From: Malacoraja senta
Taxonomy: Eukaryota
Length of the DNA: 64,000 nt
Direction of reading: 5' to 3'
Assembly: GCA_038087875.1 (NCBI GenBank)
Contig: CM076002.1
Coordinates: 310,001 to 374,000, forward strand
Shown one piece after another: positions 49,966 to 64,000 of the stretch. The translations under genes and the position numbers were made by a program. The notes below the pieces were generated by a model. That model did not search any database and was not told where the DNA came from. It saw only the letters and a list, made by a program, of their open reading frames with translations. Position 1 is the stretch's first letter. Each line of letters opens with the position of its first letter.

Positions 49966-50363
49966 GATGGGCAACATCACCCCAGGTTTGCCGACTAACG
50001 ACAACACCGCCAGCGTGCTGGCTATCGAAGCTGAAGGGAGGTACATCGCTGGGGATGTGCACACATTCTCATTGTCCTAGCACAACGTGAGGAGGGCTCT
50101 GACACGGGTGAACAGATGGCATACGGGGCGAGTAACCATATAACCATATAACAATTACAGCACGGAAACAGGCCATCTCGGCCCTTCTAGTCTGTGCCGA
50201 ACACTTACTCTCACCTAGTCCCATCTACCTGCACTCAGACCATAACCCTCCATTCCTTTCCCATCCATATACCTATCCAAATTATTTTTAAATGATAAAA
50301 TCGAACCTGCCTCCACCACTTCCACTGGAAGCTCATTCCACACAGCTACCACTCTCTGAGTAA

Positions 50364-53300
50364 TAATAATAATAATAATATTAATAACTTTATTTATACA
50401 GCACTTTAAAAACAACCACAGTTGCAACAAAGTGCTGTACGTGACTAATCATGGACAAGAAATTATTACATAACAATAAAAACATTAAACGAAAGAGTAA
50501 AAACAATAAAATTAAAAACATTAAAAGCACTAAAAACAGGAGCAAAGTCTCAAGCAGTGTCAAAAGCCAAAGAATATAAATGTGTTTTAATACTGGTTTT
50601 GAAGATGGACAGTGAGGGGGCCTGTCTGATGTGCAACGGCAGGATGTTCCAGAGTGCCGGAGCAGCAACAGAGAAGGCTCTATCCCCTCTGAGCTTCCGC
50701 TTAGACCTCGGTACCTCCAGGAGCAGCTGATCAGCTGACCTGAGGCACCGGGCAGGAGCGTATGGGTGGAGCAGTTCAGAGAGGTAAGGCGGGGCGAGCC
50801 CATTTAGAGATTTAAAAACAAATAAAATAATTTTTAAATGAACTCGAAAGTGCACCGGGAGCCAGTGGAGGGAGGCCAGAATTGGCGTTATGTGCTCCCT
50901 CTTTCGAGTTCCAGTCGAAAGGTGAGCAGCAGCATTTTGAACCAACTGGAGACGAGCCAGTGAAGATCGTGCAGCTCCAAAATAGAGTGCGTTACAGTAA
51001 TCCAGCCTAGATGTAATAAAGGCATGGATTACTGTTTCAAAATGCTGCCGCTCGAGAATGGGCTTCACCTTTGCCAGCTTCCTTAGGTGAAAGAAGCTGG
51101 ACTTAACCACCGCGCCTATTTGATGATCTAATTTAAAATCACTGTCCATCCTAAAACCTAGGTTCAAAACTGTTGGCTTCACGTACCGTGCCAGTGGACC
51201 CAAGTCAACAAGGGGAGGTTCACGGCAGCCATTGGGGCCAAACAATATCACCTCTGTCTTCTTTTCATTAAATCCTAGAAAGTTTAGGGCCATCCAGGAC
51301 TTAATGTCCTCAAGACATGACAGAAATGATTTGACAGAAAAGGCGTCTTCCTTCCTCAGCGGTATATATAGTTGGCTATCATCAGCATAACAATGAAAAG
51401 AGATGCCATGCTTTCTAAGAATGGAACCCAGAGGAAGTAAGTATAGTGAGAAAAGCAGGGGCCCTAAAATTGAGCCCTGTGGAACCCCATATGACAGAGG
51501 AGCGGAGGAGGATTCAAAACCAGCAAGGCTTACACACATGGTTCTGTCTGCCAGATAGGACCTGAACCATCCCAGGGCACTGCCACAGATGCCCACTAGG
51601 TGCTGTAACCGAGATATTAAGATACCATGGTCCACTGTATCAAAGGCGGCAGATAGGTCCAGCAGGACAAGAACCACATAATTACCAGAATCATTTGCTA
51701 GGAGGATGTCATTAAAAACCCTTAGCAATGCTGACTCTGTGCTATGCATAGTTTTAAACCCAGACTGGAAAACCTCCCGAATATTATGCTCGTCCAAGAA
51801 GAGTTTTAGCTGAGCATAAACAACTTTCTCCAGGACTTTAGAGATAAAAGGCAACTTGGAGATCGGTCTAAAATTGGCCAGAACAGTTTGATCCAGGCCA
51901 GGTTTCTTAAGTTGTGGTTGCACTACTGCATGTTTAAAACTTACAGGGACAACCCCAGAACACAAGCTGCTGTTTATAATGGCAAGAACCAACTGCCCTA
52001 TACTGGGGAAAACCTCTTTAAAAAGATGAGGAGGGACAGCATCACAAGGGGAACCCGATGGCTTAATATGGCTAACCACATCCTCTAAACACGACAATGT
52101 CACAGGCACAAACTTATCCAATACCACCAGGCATGGGACCGAAACAGAGGGGTCAGAGGCAGGAGCTGAAATGAGAGCCCTTATGGAAACAACCTTATTA
52201 ATAAAAAAGTGCAGGAAGTCATTGCACATTTCAGACGATGCTTCCCAACAGACAGGCTGCGGGGCATTTAGAACAGAGTCAATGATTTTAAATAGCACAC
52301 GTGGGTCGTGACGCTTAGACACAATAATATTTGACAGGTATTCTCTTTTGGCCTCTTTAACAGTGTTCTGGTAATGACGCCAACAGTCCTTTAGAATTTG
52401 AAGTGAAACCTGCAGCCTGTCCTTCTTCCACTTTCGTTCAGCTTTGCGACACTCCCGTCGAGCTGTACGAGTTACGTCACTGAACCAGGGCTCGGGTTTA
52501 GCTCTAGGCTGCAAAGTTTTTAATGGAGCCACAGAGTCCAGTATAGTTCTGCAGGAGGAGTGAAACCAAGAACTAATCTCCTCCGTATCAAGAGAAGTAG
52601 ACGTAGAGGGGGCGCAGAGCTGATCGAAAGCAGCAGAGAACTGGCCAGCAGCAAAAGGGTTAAAAGTCCGACAGAGCCGAGCAGACGCTACAGGTTTAAC
52701 TGCAGCACAGGAGAAACCAACATCAAATAATACAGGCATATGATCAGAAACCACACTAGCACAGACAAGCCATGAGAGAGAACAAGGTCTAGTGTATGTC
52801 CATGTTCGTGTGTGGGACCAGACACACACTGCACAAAATTAAAAGAGTCAATAAGACTTAAAAAGTCCTTCACCAACGGCTTATCAGGACAGCACACATG
52901 CATGTTAAAGTCCCCAACCATAAGGACACGATCATAGTTGGGCATAATCCCAGCCAGAAAATCAGAGAAGTCATTCACAAAGTCCTTATGATATTTGGGG
53001 GGTCGGTAGATGACAGCGCAAAGCACTGGGTCGGAACGACCCACCTCAAATAAAGTAGCTTCAAAGCTGGAGAACGAGGATAATATAGTGCACTGCTTGC
53101 ATTTAAAGTTATTTTTATAAATAGCCGCTGTTCCTCCACGGCCCGACATTAGCGGCGAGTTGAAATAAGAACAGCCAGCCGGTAAAAGTTCAATAAGAGC
53201 GCTGCCCTCACCAGGACCGATCCAAGTCTCGTCACACAGAGGAAATCCAGGCCACGGGAGCAGAAGAAATCCCTCAGGATAAAAGTTTTGTTTGCCAGCG

Positions 53301-53478
53301 ATCTGGCGTTCACCAAGCCAATCCTGGAAGGGGATGGACTCTGTAGGTCGGCGGATCGGGGAGCCCGGAGCAGTGTCCGCAGGTTCCGAAGATTCACCCC
53401 GCGGTGGCGGGGCCGAGGAGAGCAGGGGGAGCGAGGCCGGTCCCGCCGCAGCCTCTGATCGTAAGAAAGGGGGGGGGG
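50364..53478 (-). mobile_element. L2-clade LINE, near-complete ORF2 (APE + RT) with frameshifts, inserted in a CR1 3' fragment (50135-53700)
   Basis: NARSL, ETW, IYRPP, GDFN, GHTLDL; LLDLSAAFDTVDH, GVPQGSILGP, YADD, LHWLPV; (TTA)n tail; GAGTAA at both junctions. Confidence 0.92.
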
Positions 53479-53714
53479 GAGTAAAGAAGTTCCCCCTCAT
53501 GTTACCCCTAAACTTTTGTCCCTTAATTCTCAAATCATATCCTCTTGTTTGAATCTTCCCTACTCTCAATGGAAAAAGCTTATCCACGTCAACTCTGTCT
53601 AACCCGCTCATAATTTTAAAGACCTCTATCAAGTCCCCCCTTAACCTTCTGCGCTCCAAAGAATAAAGACCTATCTTGTTCAACCTTTCTCTGTAACTTA
53701 GGTACTTAGTTACA

Positions 53715-55037
53715 AGACTTAAGTCTTGTGCTACGCAGCTAGCTCCGGAGCTCACTACAATATTCAACCTCTCCCTGGCCAAGTCCGTGGTCACTGCCTG
53801 CTTCAAAAGATCCATCATTGTACCTGTACCTAAAAATGCCTCCCCAGCTTGTCTGAATGACTACCGTCCGGTGGCCCTCACCTCGCTAGTTATGAAATGC
53901 TTTGAGAGGCTGCTTTGAGAAACACATCTGCGCCTTCCTCCCTCGCAACATGGACCCGCTACAATTCGCATACCATCTGAACAGATCCACGGACGTTGCG
54001 TTCTCCCAGGTTTTGCACACCGCTCTCTCTCATCTTGACAGCCAGAAGGAGGGGCTATGTGAGGATGCTGTTCATAGACTTCAGTTCAGCCTTCAACACG
54101 ATAGTCCCCACCAGACTTGTTGAGAAGCTGCTGGAATTGGGGCTCAACACCCCGCTGTGTACCTGGGTCCTGGACTTTCTCACCGCCAGGCCACAGGTAG
54201 TCAAGATGGGAGGAAAGACATCGAAGTCCCTCACCCTGAACACAGGATCCCCCCAGAGTTGCGTCCTCAGCCCCCTACTGTACTCCCTGTACACACATGA
54301 CTGTGTGGCCAGGTTCAGCTCCAACTCTATAATCAAGTTTGCTGATGACACTGTGATGGTGGGCCTGATCTCCGATAACGATGAGAAGGCCTACCGGGAG
54401 GAGGTGGCTGATCTGGCACTCTGGTGTCAGGGCAACAGCCTCCTCTTGAATGTCAAAAAAACTATGGAGCTGATCGTGGACTTTCGGAGGGCACAACATC
54501 CTAGGACGTACACACCATTGAAGATAAATGGGGATACTGTGGATAGGGTGAGCTGCTTTAAATACCTGGGAGTCCACATCTCAGAGGATCTGACATGGAC
54601 ATCATAGGCTGCAGCACTGGTGAGTAAGGCAAGGCAGCGCCTTTACCTCCTCAGGCAATTGAGGAAATTCAGAGTGTCTCTGAGGATCCTTCAGTGCTTC
54701 TACTCTGGGGCTGTAGAAGGCATCTTGTCCGGTAATATCTCAATCTGGTTTGGGAACAGCTCTGCTCAGGACCCTGCTACGGTCAGGCAAGCCCTTCCGC
54801 TGTCACGCTGCGAAAACAGAGAGGATGAGACGGAGTTTCTTCCCACAGGCCATCAGGACTGTAAACTCTGATCTCACCAGGGAGTAATTTACAGTTGTGT
54901 CTTTAAAAAAAAAGTAAATACTGGTTCTGTTCTGTTCTGTTGTTCTGTTGTTTTTGCACAATCCTGCAGCAATTGCCACTTTCATTTCACTGTACTTGTA
55001 TGTGTATGTGACAAATAAAGTTGACTTGACTTGACTT
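53715..55037 (+). mobile_element. Rex1/Babar LINE, degraded RT
   Basis: [33 protein letters not shown]; (GACTT)n tail. Confidence 0.9.
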
Positions 55038-55195
55038 AAAGGGATGCAACAGTCAAAGCTAACAATCTGGACAAATAAAAGCCTCCAGGCTGTTTATTTA
55101 GCTAAAGCTTGCAGTTTCAGGTGTACAGGTAACAAGGTAGATTAAGTGGGGACCTCCGTTTGAAATTGATGTCAGCTAAATTCAGTTGTTTAGAC

Positions 55196-55594
55196 CAAAG
55201 ATCCTATAGCGGAGCAAGATAGACCACTCCTGCTGAATGCAATGGGCTGATGTGTAGTACGCAACGGAGCGGAACGTGGGGCTTTTTTTCATCCATTTCA
55301 GTAACCCGACCCGACTCGCAGTGTAATCAACGTTGCGGGGGAACAGTTTGTGTTAATAAATTATAATTCTGAAAATGAGGAGAAGATTTTTACCAAAGAA
55401 CTTTTATTTTTACGAGGATGTTTCCGTAACCAGCTTCCGTCTCCGCACTAGTATCTTTGCTCCGCTATGGGATCTTTGGTGCGGAGACAGAAGCCGGTTA
55501 CGGAAATGGGGCCGAAAATTACCCATGAATCTTCCCATGTCCGTACTACGTCTTTTTCATCGAGTGGACTATCTTGCTTGCTATAGGATCTTTG
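55196..55594. mobile_element. hAT-type MITE
   Basis: TIR CAAAGATCCTATAGC / GCTATAGGATCTTTG; 8-bp TSD GTTTAGAC / GTTTGGAC. Confidence 0.8.
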
Positions 55595-55829
55595 GTTTGG
55601 ACCAGAGCTCTTTGAGCTGCTACAAATGAGGCCGAGAACTGACAGCGTGGGTTCATACAACAAATCCCAGAGGAGGGGCTTTGGAGAGTGTATGTTGTAG
55701 TGAGTGGAGAGATTGGTGAGTAGCAATAAGCCAGTCCTTCTACCTTCATTAATACTTTCATTCACTAAAGCTTAAAATGGAACTAAACTCCTTGTGGAAT
55801 TTACTTCCTTAGTTTAGTGTACAAAGATA

Positions 55830-58140
55830 GTGCAAGGGTGTCCACAGCTGGAGAACCAGTCCCATGGAATGCTCCTCCTCAATATGTGGGAATCAAAGAG
55901 ATTTCCCTTGTCCCTGGTGACCACATGTGATTTGTGTGTCCTGCTTCAGCTCCTGACTAATGTGCTGTACATCTGGAGCTGAAGATGGTCTCACTGAGGA
56001 TCATCCATGGTGCTGAGGACATTGTGGATGGCATGTAGAGTGAGCTGGTCACCCTGTAAACAATGGGTAGAAATGCAGTGGGTGCCCACCAGGGATCCGT
56101 GGGCACAGGCGGGTGGTGCAGGAGACCCCTGTGGCCATCCCTCTGTTAAACAGGTAGACCATGTTGGATACGTTTGGGGGCAGCCTCTTTGGGATGGGAA
56201 GAAACGGGCATGTTTGTGGCACTGAGACTAGCTCAGCTGCACAATGAGCGAGGACAAAGATCAGCAGAGCTGCAGTAAATAGGGGCTCAATTGTAAAGGA
56301 AGCAGTTGGGTGAACAAGGCCCTTGAATTCTGGGTTGTCCTCCTGGTGACAGGTACATGGATATCTCAAAGCGGTCGCAGTACATTCTCATCAGCGAGGA
56401 TAAACAGTCAGTGGGTGTAATACACGTCACTACTAATGACATGTAAATAAGGGATCAATGGCAACAGGATGAAATTGTCAAGTTACACAGAGTGGTGGCG
56501 CACAGAAAAGGTGCTATTCCTTGCAGTGCAGGAGGCTGAGGTGTGATCTTAAAGAGGTGTATATAATCATGAGGGGGATAGTGTGAATGCACTGTCTTTA
56601 CCCAGGGTAAAGGAATAACTTCATTCAGAGGATAGTGGGAATATGGAATGTATTGCCAGAGTAGGTAGTTAGGGCAAATACTATAACAATAAGGCATTTG
56701 GACAGGTACATGGATGGGAAGAGTTGGGCCGAAGGGCTAGTTTTGATGCTGCTTAGCTCTATGATTCTAACAGTCACTTGGTTTCTGTGAAAAGCAAAGG
56801 GTTTGGTTTGGTGGAGCTGAAAACACTGAAGCTCTCAGTAAAACTAAGACACAATCTGGGCAGAGATCACACTGAGAACCTAAAGCAGCCACTCACTATA
56901 ACAACATTTAAAAGACATTTGGACAGGTACATGGATAGGAAAGGTTTAGAGGGATATGGGCCAAACGTGAGAAAATGGGACAAGCTTAGATGGTCGGTGT
57001 GTTGGTTGGTATGGACATATTGGGCTGAAGGGTCTGTTACCGTGCTGTATGACTCTAAGTATGCCCTTTGGCCCACCATGTCCATACATCTTTGCCCATA
57101 TGCACTAATCCATTTGCCCGCATTAGATTTGTATCCTTCCATGCATTACATAGCAAAATCATGAGCAAGACTTTCAAGATTGTGATCTCTGCATTGCTTC
57201 TGGTGTCACATGATCCTGAATATAGGAATACAAAGATAGGCCAGATGAATGTGTGGCCAAAGGGATGGTGTAGGAGGGAGGGAGGGCTTTGGATGTTGGG
57301 ATATAGACATTTCTGGAGTGGGTGCAGCCTATACAAGCAGGTCAGTTTGCACCTGAATGGGGCAAGGACAAATATCCTTGCTGGCAGTTTTACTCCTATT
57401 GTTGGGAAGATTTATGGGACTTAGATCAGATGTGTGATTGGTGGTAAGTTTCAGTCAAATATAGAATTCAGTCATTAGGTAGAACAGACATGGGCATGAT
57501 GTTGTACACGGTAGGATGAGAAGGTCAAATTGCATCTATTTTGTTGTATAGATGCTGACCAGTAAAGCAGATGAACTTAACGCTGATCAGTATGTGGTAT
57601 TTTTGCAACCACTGAGACATAGTTGAAAGACCAGCAACTCAATGTTAAAAGGTATAGAAGTTCCAAGCGTGACATGGTAGGTGTAAAAGAGGAGAAAGCA
57701 TTGCATTATTTGTGAAGGACATCATCATTGCACTAATGAGGGAGGATGATTTAGCAGGCACTTCAAATGCAACAATATGGGTAGAGGTTACAAAAGGAGG
57801 CAATTGGATCCCCAACAGTTAGCAGCAAATATCAAGGCAAATTGCAGAGATAAATTGTATTGGAATAACACAGGATCTGAATTTCCCCAGTATTAAGTGG
57901 GATCATCTTCATGAGATAGGATTACAGAGGGTAACGTTTTTAAAGTGTATCCAAGAAAGCTTTTTGTGCCAGAAGATAGATAGTCCACCTATGGATGGGG
58001 CCATGCTGGGCGTAGTCCTATGGAATGGTCAGATAAATGGGTGAAGTGTTAGTTGGTGAGCACTTTGGCATTAGTGGTCGTATCTCAGTAAGTTTCTAAG
58101 TAGTTGTGAGAACGTATAAGGATAGTCTGAGTTGAGGGAA
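55830..58140. mobile_element. Highly degraded CR1 fragments (ORF1, APE, 3' ends)
   Basis: Patches such as LHLNGARTNILAG and several CR1 3'UTR pieces. Confidence 0.55.
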
Positions 58141-58179
58141 GGCTAATTCCAAACACTGGACTATACCTGTACTAGATTT

Positions 58180-59741
58180 TACTTCGGAGTCACGCGAAAA
58201 GCGCCTGGACACGATGGTATACCTGGTCGTGTTCTAAAAACCTGTGCGGACCAACTGGCTGGAGTTTTTACGAACATTTTCAACCTCTCACTTCTGAGGT
58301 CTGAGGTTCCCACCTGCTTCAAAAGGGCATCAATTATACCAGTGCCCAAGAAGAGTAAGGTGACGTGCCTCAATGACTATCGACCTGTGGCATTAACGCC
58401 TGTGGTGATGAAGTGCTTTGAGAGGTTGATCATGGCGCAAATCAACTCCTACCTCGACAAAAACCTGGACCAACTGCAGCTCGCTTACCGCCACAACAGA
58501 TCAACGGTGGATGCGATCTCGCTGGCCTTCCACTCCGCTCTGGACCACTTGGACAACAAAAACTCATATGTCAGGCTGTTATTCATTGATTACAGCTTGG
58601 CATTTAATACAATCATCCCCTCCAAGCTGGTTACCATACTCGCAGAACTGGGTCTCTGCACATCCCTCTGCAATTGGATCCTCGACTTCCTCATTCTCAG
58701 ACCACAGTTTGTTCGTATTGGTGGAAATTAGTCAGCCTCGATAACAATCAGCACGGGAGCACCTCAAGGCTGTGTGCGCAGCCCCCTGCTGTACTCACTC
58801 TATACTCATGACTGCATAGCCGGTCATAGTGCGAACTCCATCAACAAGTTTGCTGACGACACCACTGTTGTGGGACGTATCACTGATGGGGATGAGTCAG
58901 AGTACAGAAGAGAGATCGAGCAACTGTCCATATGGTGCCAGCGCAATAAACTGGCCCTCAACACCAGCAAAACCAAGGTACTGATTGTGGACTTTGGAAG
59001 GAGTAGGATGGGGACCCACAGTCCTGTTTATATAAAAGGGTCGATGGTTGAAAGTGTCAAGAGCTTCAAATTCCTGGGCGTGCACATCTCTGAAGATCTT
59101 TCCTGGTACGAGAACACTAATGCAATTATTAAGAAAGCACATCAGCGCCTCTACTTCCTGAGAAGATTACAGAGAGTCGGTTTGTCAAGGAGGACTCTCT
59201 CTAACTTCAACAGGTGCACAGTAGAGAGCATGCTGACCGGTTGCATCATGGCTTGGTTCGGCAACTTGTGCGCCCTGGAGAGGAAAAGACTACAAAAAGT
59301 AGTAAACATTGCCCAGTCCATCATCGGCTCTGACCTCCCTTCCATCGAGGGGATCTATTGCAGTCGCTGCCTCAAAAAGGCTGGCAGTATCATCAAGGAC
59401 CCACACCATCCTGGCCACACACTCATCTCCCTGCTACCTTCAGGTAGAAGGTACAGGAGCCTGAAGACTGCAACGACCAGGTTCAGGAATAGCTACTTCC
59501 CCACAGCCATCAGGCTATTAAACTTGGCTCGGACAAAACTCTGAACATTAATAGCCCATTATCTGTTATTTGCACTTTATCAGTTTATTTATTCATGTGT
59601 GTATATATTTATATAATGGTATATGGACACACTGATCTGTTTTGTAGTCAATGCCTATTATGTTCTGTTGTGCTGAAGCAAAGCAAGAATTTCATTGTCC
59701 TATCAGGGGCACATGACAATAAACTCACTTGAACTTGAACT
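58180..59741 (+). mobile_element. Rex1/Babar LINE, RT to 3' end
   Basis: ORFs 58342..58731 and 58774..59544 (KFADD, HQRLYFLR, LPSGRRYRS); (CTTGAA)n tail. Confidence 0.92.
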
Positions 59742-60650
59742 ATACAACTGCAGAAGGACCTCTTTGCTCCTATACTCAACTCCTCTTGTTATAAAGGCCA
59801 ACATGTCTTTCGCTTTCTTCACTGCCTGCTGCCTGCTGTACTTTCATTGACTGAAGAACAAGGACCCCCAGATCCCATTGTACTTCTTCTTTTCCCAACT
59901 TGACACCATTTAGGTAGTAATCTGCCTTCCTGTTTTTGCTAACAAAGTGGATAACCTCACATTTATCCACATTAAACTTCATCTGCCATGCATCTGCCCA
60001 CTCCCCCAACCTGTCCAAATCACCCTGCATTCTCATAGCATCTTCCTCACAGTTCACACTGCCACCCAGCTTTGTGTCATCTGCAAATTTGCTAATGTCA
60101 CTTTGAATCCCTTCATCTAAATCATTGATTTATATTGTAAATAGCGGCGGTCCCAGCACCGAGCCTTGCGGTACCCCACTAGTCACTGCCTGCCATTCCG
60201 AAAGGGACCCGTTAACCCCTAATCTTTGTTTCCTGTCTACCGACCAATTTTCTATCCATGTCAGCACTCTACCCCCAATACCATGTGCCCTAATTTTGCC
60301 CACTAATCTCCTATGTGGGACCTTAACAAATGCTTTCTGAAAGTCCAGGTACACCACATCCACTGGCTCTCCCTTGTCCATTTTCCTTGTTACATCCTCA
60401 AAAAATTCCATATTAGTCAAGCATGATTTCCCCTTCGTAAATCCATGCTGACTCGGACCGATCCTGTTACTGCCATCCAAATGTGCCGCTATTACAGCTT
60501 TTAGAATAGATTCCAGCATTTTCCCCACCACCGATGTCAGGCTAACTGGTCTATAATCCTGTTTTCTCTCTCCCGCCTTTCTTAAAAAGTAGGATAACAT
60601 TAGCTACCCTCCAATCCACAGGAACTGATCCTGAATCTATAGAACATTGG
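59742..60650 (-). mobile_element. CR1 RT fragment
   Basis: YRPVSLTSVVGK..YLDFQKAF..GVPQGSVLGP. Confidence 0.9.
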
Positions 60651-60654
60651 AAGA

Positions 60655-61305
60655 GAATTGTGGACAGTCAGCGTGGGTTTGTACGCGGCAGGTTGTGTCT
60701 TGCTAACCTGCTCAAGTTGACCAGAGTTGGGGAATCGATGACCAGAGGACATAGGTTCATGGTGAAGGGGAAAAGATTTAATAGGAATCTGAGGAGTAAC
60801 TTTTTCACACAAAGAGTGGGGGATGTATGGAACAAGCTGCCAGAGGAGGTAGTTGAGGATTATCGAGACGTTTAAGAAATAGTTAGACAGGTACATGGAT
60901 AGGACAGATTTGGAGGGATATGGACTAAATGCAGGCAGGTAGAAAAAGGGTGACCAGAGAGAGAGTGGGACACCTCAGTAATCAAAGCAGTCAATGTGTG
61001 GAGCCACAGGAGATGGGCAAGGAGCTCAATGAGAATTACTGTTCTATTTTTACCGTGGAGAAAAACAGGAGGATGGAGGAACTTGGGGCAGTAAATGGAA
61101 GTGTCTTGTGAGCAGTCAGTATTACGGTCTAAGAGCTGGTGATGGTACTATCGTTTATGAAGGTAGACAAATCTCCAGCGCCAGATCAGATATACCTGAG
61201 GACATTGTGGGAAACGAGAGAGGAAATTGCGGGAGCCCTGGTTTAAATTTTTACGAGTTGTCTTTAAATATAGGAGAGGTGCCGAAAGACTGGAGGGTTG
61301 TGTCT
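60655..61305 (+). mobile_element. Degraded CR1 fragments
   Basis: TRGHRF..NFFTQRV..WNKLP plus upstream RT pieces. Confidence 0.7.
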
Positions 61306-61311
61306 CTAGAG

Positions 61312-64000
61312 GGTTGTGTCAGTTTACTGTTCTGGATGTCAGATGTGGGAGGTCATGGAGTCTGATAGCCCTCCAGACGTCCACATCTGCGCCAGGTGCG
61401 TCGAGATGGGGCTCCTAAGGGACCGTATTAGGAACCTGGAGCAGCAGCTCGATGACCTCCGTCTGGTCAGGGAGAGTGAGGAGGTCATAGAGAGGAGTTA
61501 TAGAGAGGTGGTCACTCCAAGACCACAGGAGGCACACAAGTGGGTCACAGTTAGGAGGGGCAAGGGGCAGAGGCAGGAACTAGAGAGTACCCCGGTGGCT
61601 GTTTGAGTACTGTTGGGGGGGACAGCCTACCTGGGGGTAGCAACAGCGGCCGGGCCTCCGGTACAGAGACCGGCCCTGTTGCTCAGAGCGGTAAGGAAAA
61701 GAAGAGGAGGGCAGTAGTAATAGGGGACTCTATAGTTAGGGGGTCAGATAGGCGATTCTGTGGACGCAGTCAGGAGACCCGGATGGTAGTTTGCCTCCCT
61801 GGTGCCAGGGTCTGGGATGTGTCTGAACGTGTCCAAGATATCCTGAAATTGGAGGGAGAGGAGCCCGAGGTCGTGGTACATATAGGTACCAATGACATAG
61901 GTAGAAAAAGGGAAGAGGTCCTGAAAGGAGAATTTAGGGAGTTAGGAAGAGAGTTAAGGAAAAGGACCGCAAAGGTAACAATCTCAGGATTACTGCCTGT
62001 GCCACGCGACAGTGAGAGTAGGAATGGAGCGAGGTGGAGGATAAATGCGTGGCTGAAGGACTGGTGCAGTGGGCAGGGATTCAAATTTCTGGATCATTGG
62101 AACCTCTTTTGGGGAAGGTGTGACCTGTACAAAAATGACGGGTTGCACTTGAACCCGATGGGGACCAATATACTGGCGGGGAGATTTGCAAAGGCTACTG
62201 GGGAGACTTTAAACTAGAACGGTTGGGGGGAGGGACTCAAATAGAGAAAGCTAGAAGACAGTGTGAGGCAGGAGGGAGAGAAGGGAAGCACTCAGACCCA
62301 ACATGTAGGGGGGAAAGAAGAAAAAGATAATAAACAGAGAACAAGAGGTGGTGGGTTTCTTAAATGTGTGAGCAGAGAGACAGAGGGGTGTAAAATGAGG
62401 GTAGAAGCAATAGGTAGCAAGGTGAAAAGTAAAAGTGGTAGGCAGACAAATCCAGGGCAAAAATCAAAAAGGGCCATTTTTCAACATAATTGTATAAGGG
62501 GTAAGAGTGTTGTAAAACAAACCTGAAGGCTTTGTGTCTCAATGCAAGGAGCATTCGTAATAAGGTGGATGAGTTGAATGTGCAGATAGCTATTAATGAC
62601 TATGATATAGTTGGGATCATGGAGACATGGCTCCAGGGTGACCAAGGCTGGGAGATGAACATCCAGGGATATTCAATATTTAGGAAGGATAGACAGAAAG
62701 GAAAAGGAGGTGGGGTAGCGTCGCTGGTTAGAGAGGAGATTAATGCAATAGAAAGGAAGGACATTAGCTTGGAGGATGTGGAATCAATATGGATAGAGCT
62801 GCGAAACACTTAGGGGCAGAAAACGCTAGTAGGAGTTGTGTACAGGCCACCTAAAAGTAGTAGTGGAGTTCGGGATGGCATCAAACAGGAAATTGGAAAT
62901 GTGTGCAACAAAGGTAAAACAGTTATAATGGGTGACTTCAATCTACATATAGATTGGGTGAATCAAATTGCAGGGGTGCTGAGGAAGAGGATTTCTTGGA
63001 ATGTATGCGGGATAGTTTTCGAAATCAACATGTAGAGGAACCAACGAGAGAGCAGGCTATTCTAGACTGGGTATTGAGTAATGAGGAAGGGTTAGTTAGC
63101 AGTCTTGTTGTGCGTGGCCCCTTGGGCAAGGGTGACCATAATATGGTTGAGTTCTTCATTAGGATGGAGAGTGACATAAATAATTCAGAAACAAGGGTTC
63201 TGAACTTAAAGAAAGGTAACTTTGAGGGTATGAGATGTGAATTGGCCAAGGTAGACTGGCAATTGATTCTTAAAGGATTGACGGTGGATATGTAATGGAA
63301 GGCATTTAAAGGCTGCATGGATGAACTACAACAATTGTTCATCCCAGTTTGGCAAAAGAATAAATCAGGGAAGGTAGTGCATCCGTGGATAACAAGGTAA
63401 ATCAGGGATAGTATCAAAACAAAAGATGAAGCATACAAATTAGCCAGAAAAAGCAGCCTACCAGAGGACTGGGAGAAATTCAGAGTCCAGCAGAGGAGGA
63501 CAAAGGGTTTAATTAGGAAAGGAAAAACAGATTATGAAAGAAAACTGGCAGGGAACATAAAAACTGACTGCAAAAGTTTTATAGATATGTGAAGAGAAAA
63601 AGATTAGTTAAACAAATGTAGGTCCCTTGCAGTCAGAAACAGGTGAATTGATCATGGGGAACAAGGACATGGCAGACCAATTGAATAACTACTTTCGTTC
63701 TGTCTTCACTAAGGAATACTTAATTAATCTGCCGGAAATAGCAGGGGACCGGATGTCAAATGAGATGGAGGAACTGAGTGAAATCCAGGTTAGCCGGCAA
63801 GTGGTGTTAGGTAAATTGAATGGATTAAAGGCCGATAAATCCCCTGGACCAGATAGGCTGCATCCCAGAGTACTTAATGAAGTAGCCCCAAAAATAGTGG
63901 ATGCATTAGTGATAATTTTTCAAAACTATTTAGATTCTGGAGTAGTTCCTGAGGATTGGAGGGTAGCTAATGTAACCCCACTTTTTAAAAAGGAAGGGAG
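61312..64000 (+). mobile_element. CR1 LINE 5' portion: ORF1 (Cys motif, coiled coil, SGNH esterase) and ORF2 (APE, start of RT), disrupted, runs off the window
   Basis: CSGC..CARC, VIGDSIVR, HIGTND, DGLHLN; CLNARSI, ETWL, YRPP, GDFN, KSPGPD. Confidence 0.93.

Noticed and set aside
52688..53818. 376-aa ORF as a single gene
   Set aside because: Chance read-through of Rex1 antisense, CR1 and L2 APE fragments.

Overview
Eukaryotic, repeat-rich vertebrate DNA; the CR1 3' tails, Rex1/Babar LINEs and Penelope-derived repeats suggest a cartilaginous fish (inference). The main structure is a ~46 kb inverted duplication (arms ~120-22130 and ~25134-45872). Its centre holds a CT-rich tract and a 200-N assembly gap. 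Each arm ends in a convergently oriented very large inducible GTPase gene (GVIN1/VLIG/URGCP family). The left copy is open from base 1, appears to follow an extra copy of its own N-terminal module, and has one in-frame TAG. The right copy is a pseudogene with two frameshifts, a 351-bp deletion and CR1 insertions. The intergenic arm sequence is visibly more similar than the genes. Arm-specific deletions allow a full Harbinger transposon to be rebuilt from complementary halves. The rest is nested CR1, L2, L1, Rex1/Babar, Penelope (with hammerhead-like motifs), hAT, Helitron-like and solo-LTR remnants. Because the symmetry axis lies next to a gap, the palindrome could be two haplotypes or paralogous contigs joined by scaffolding.
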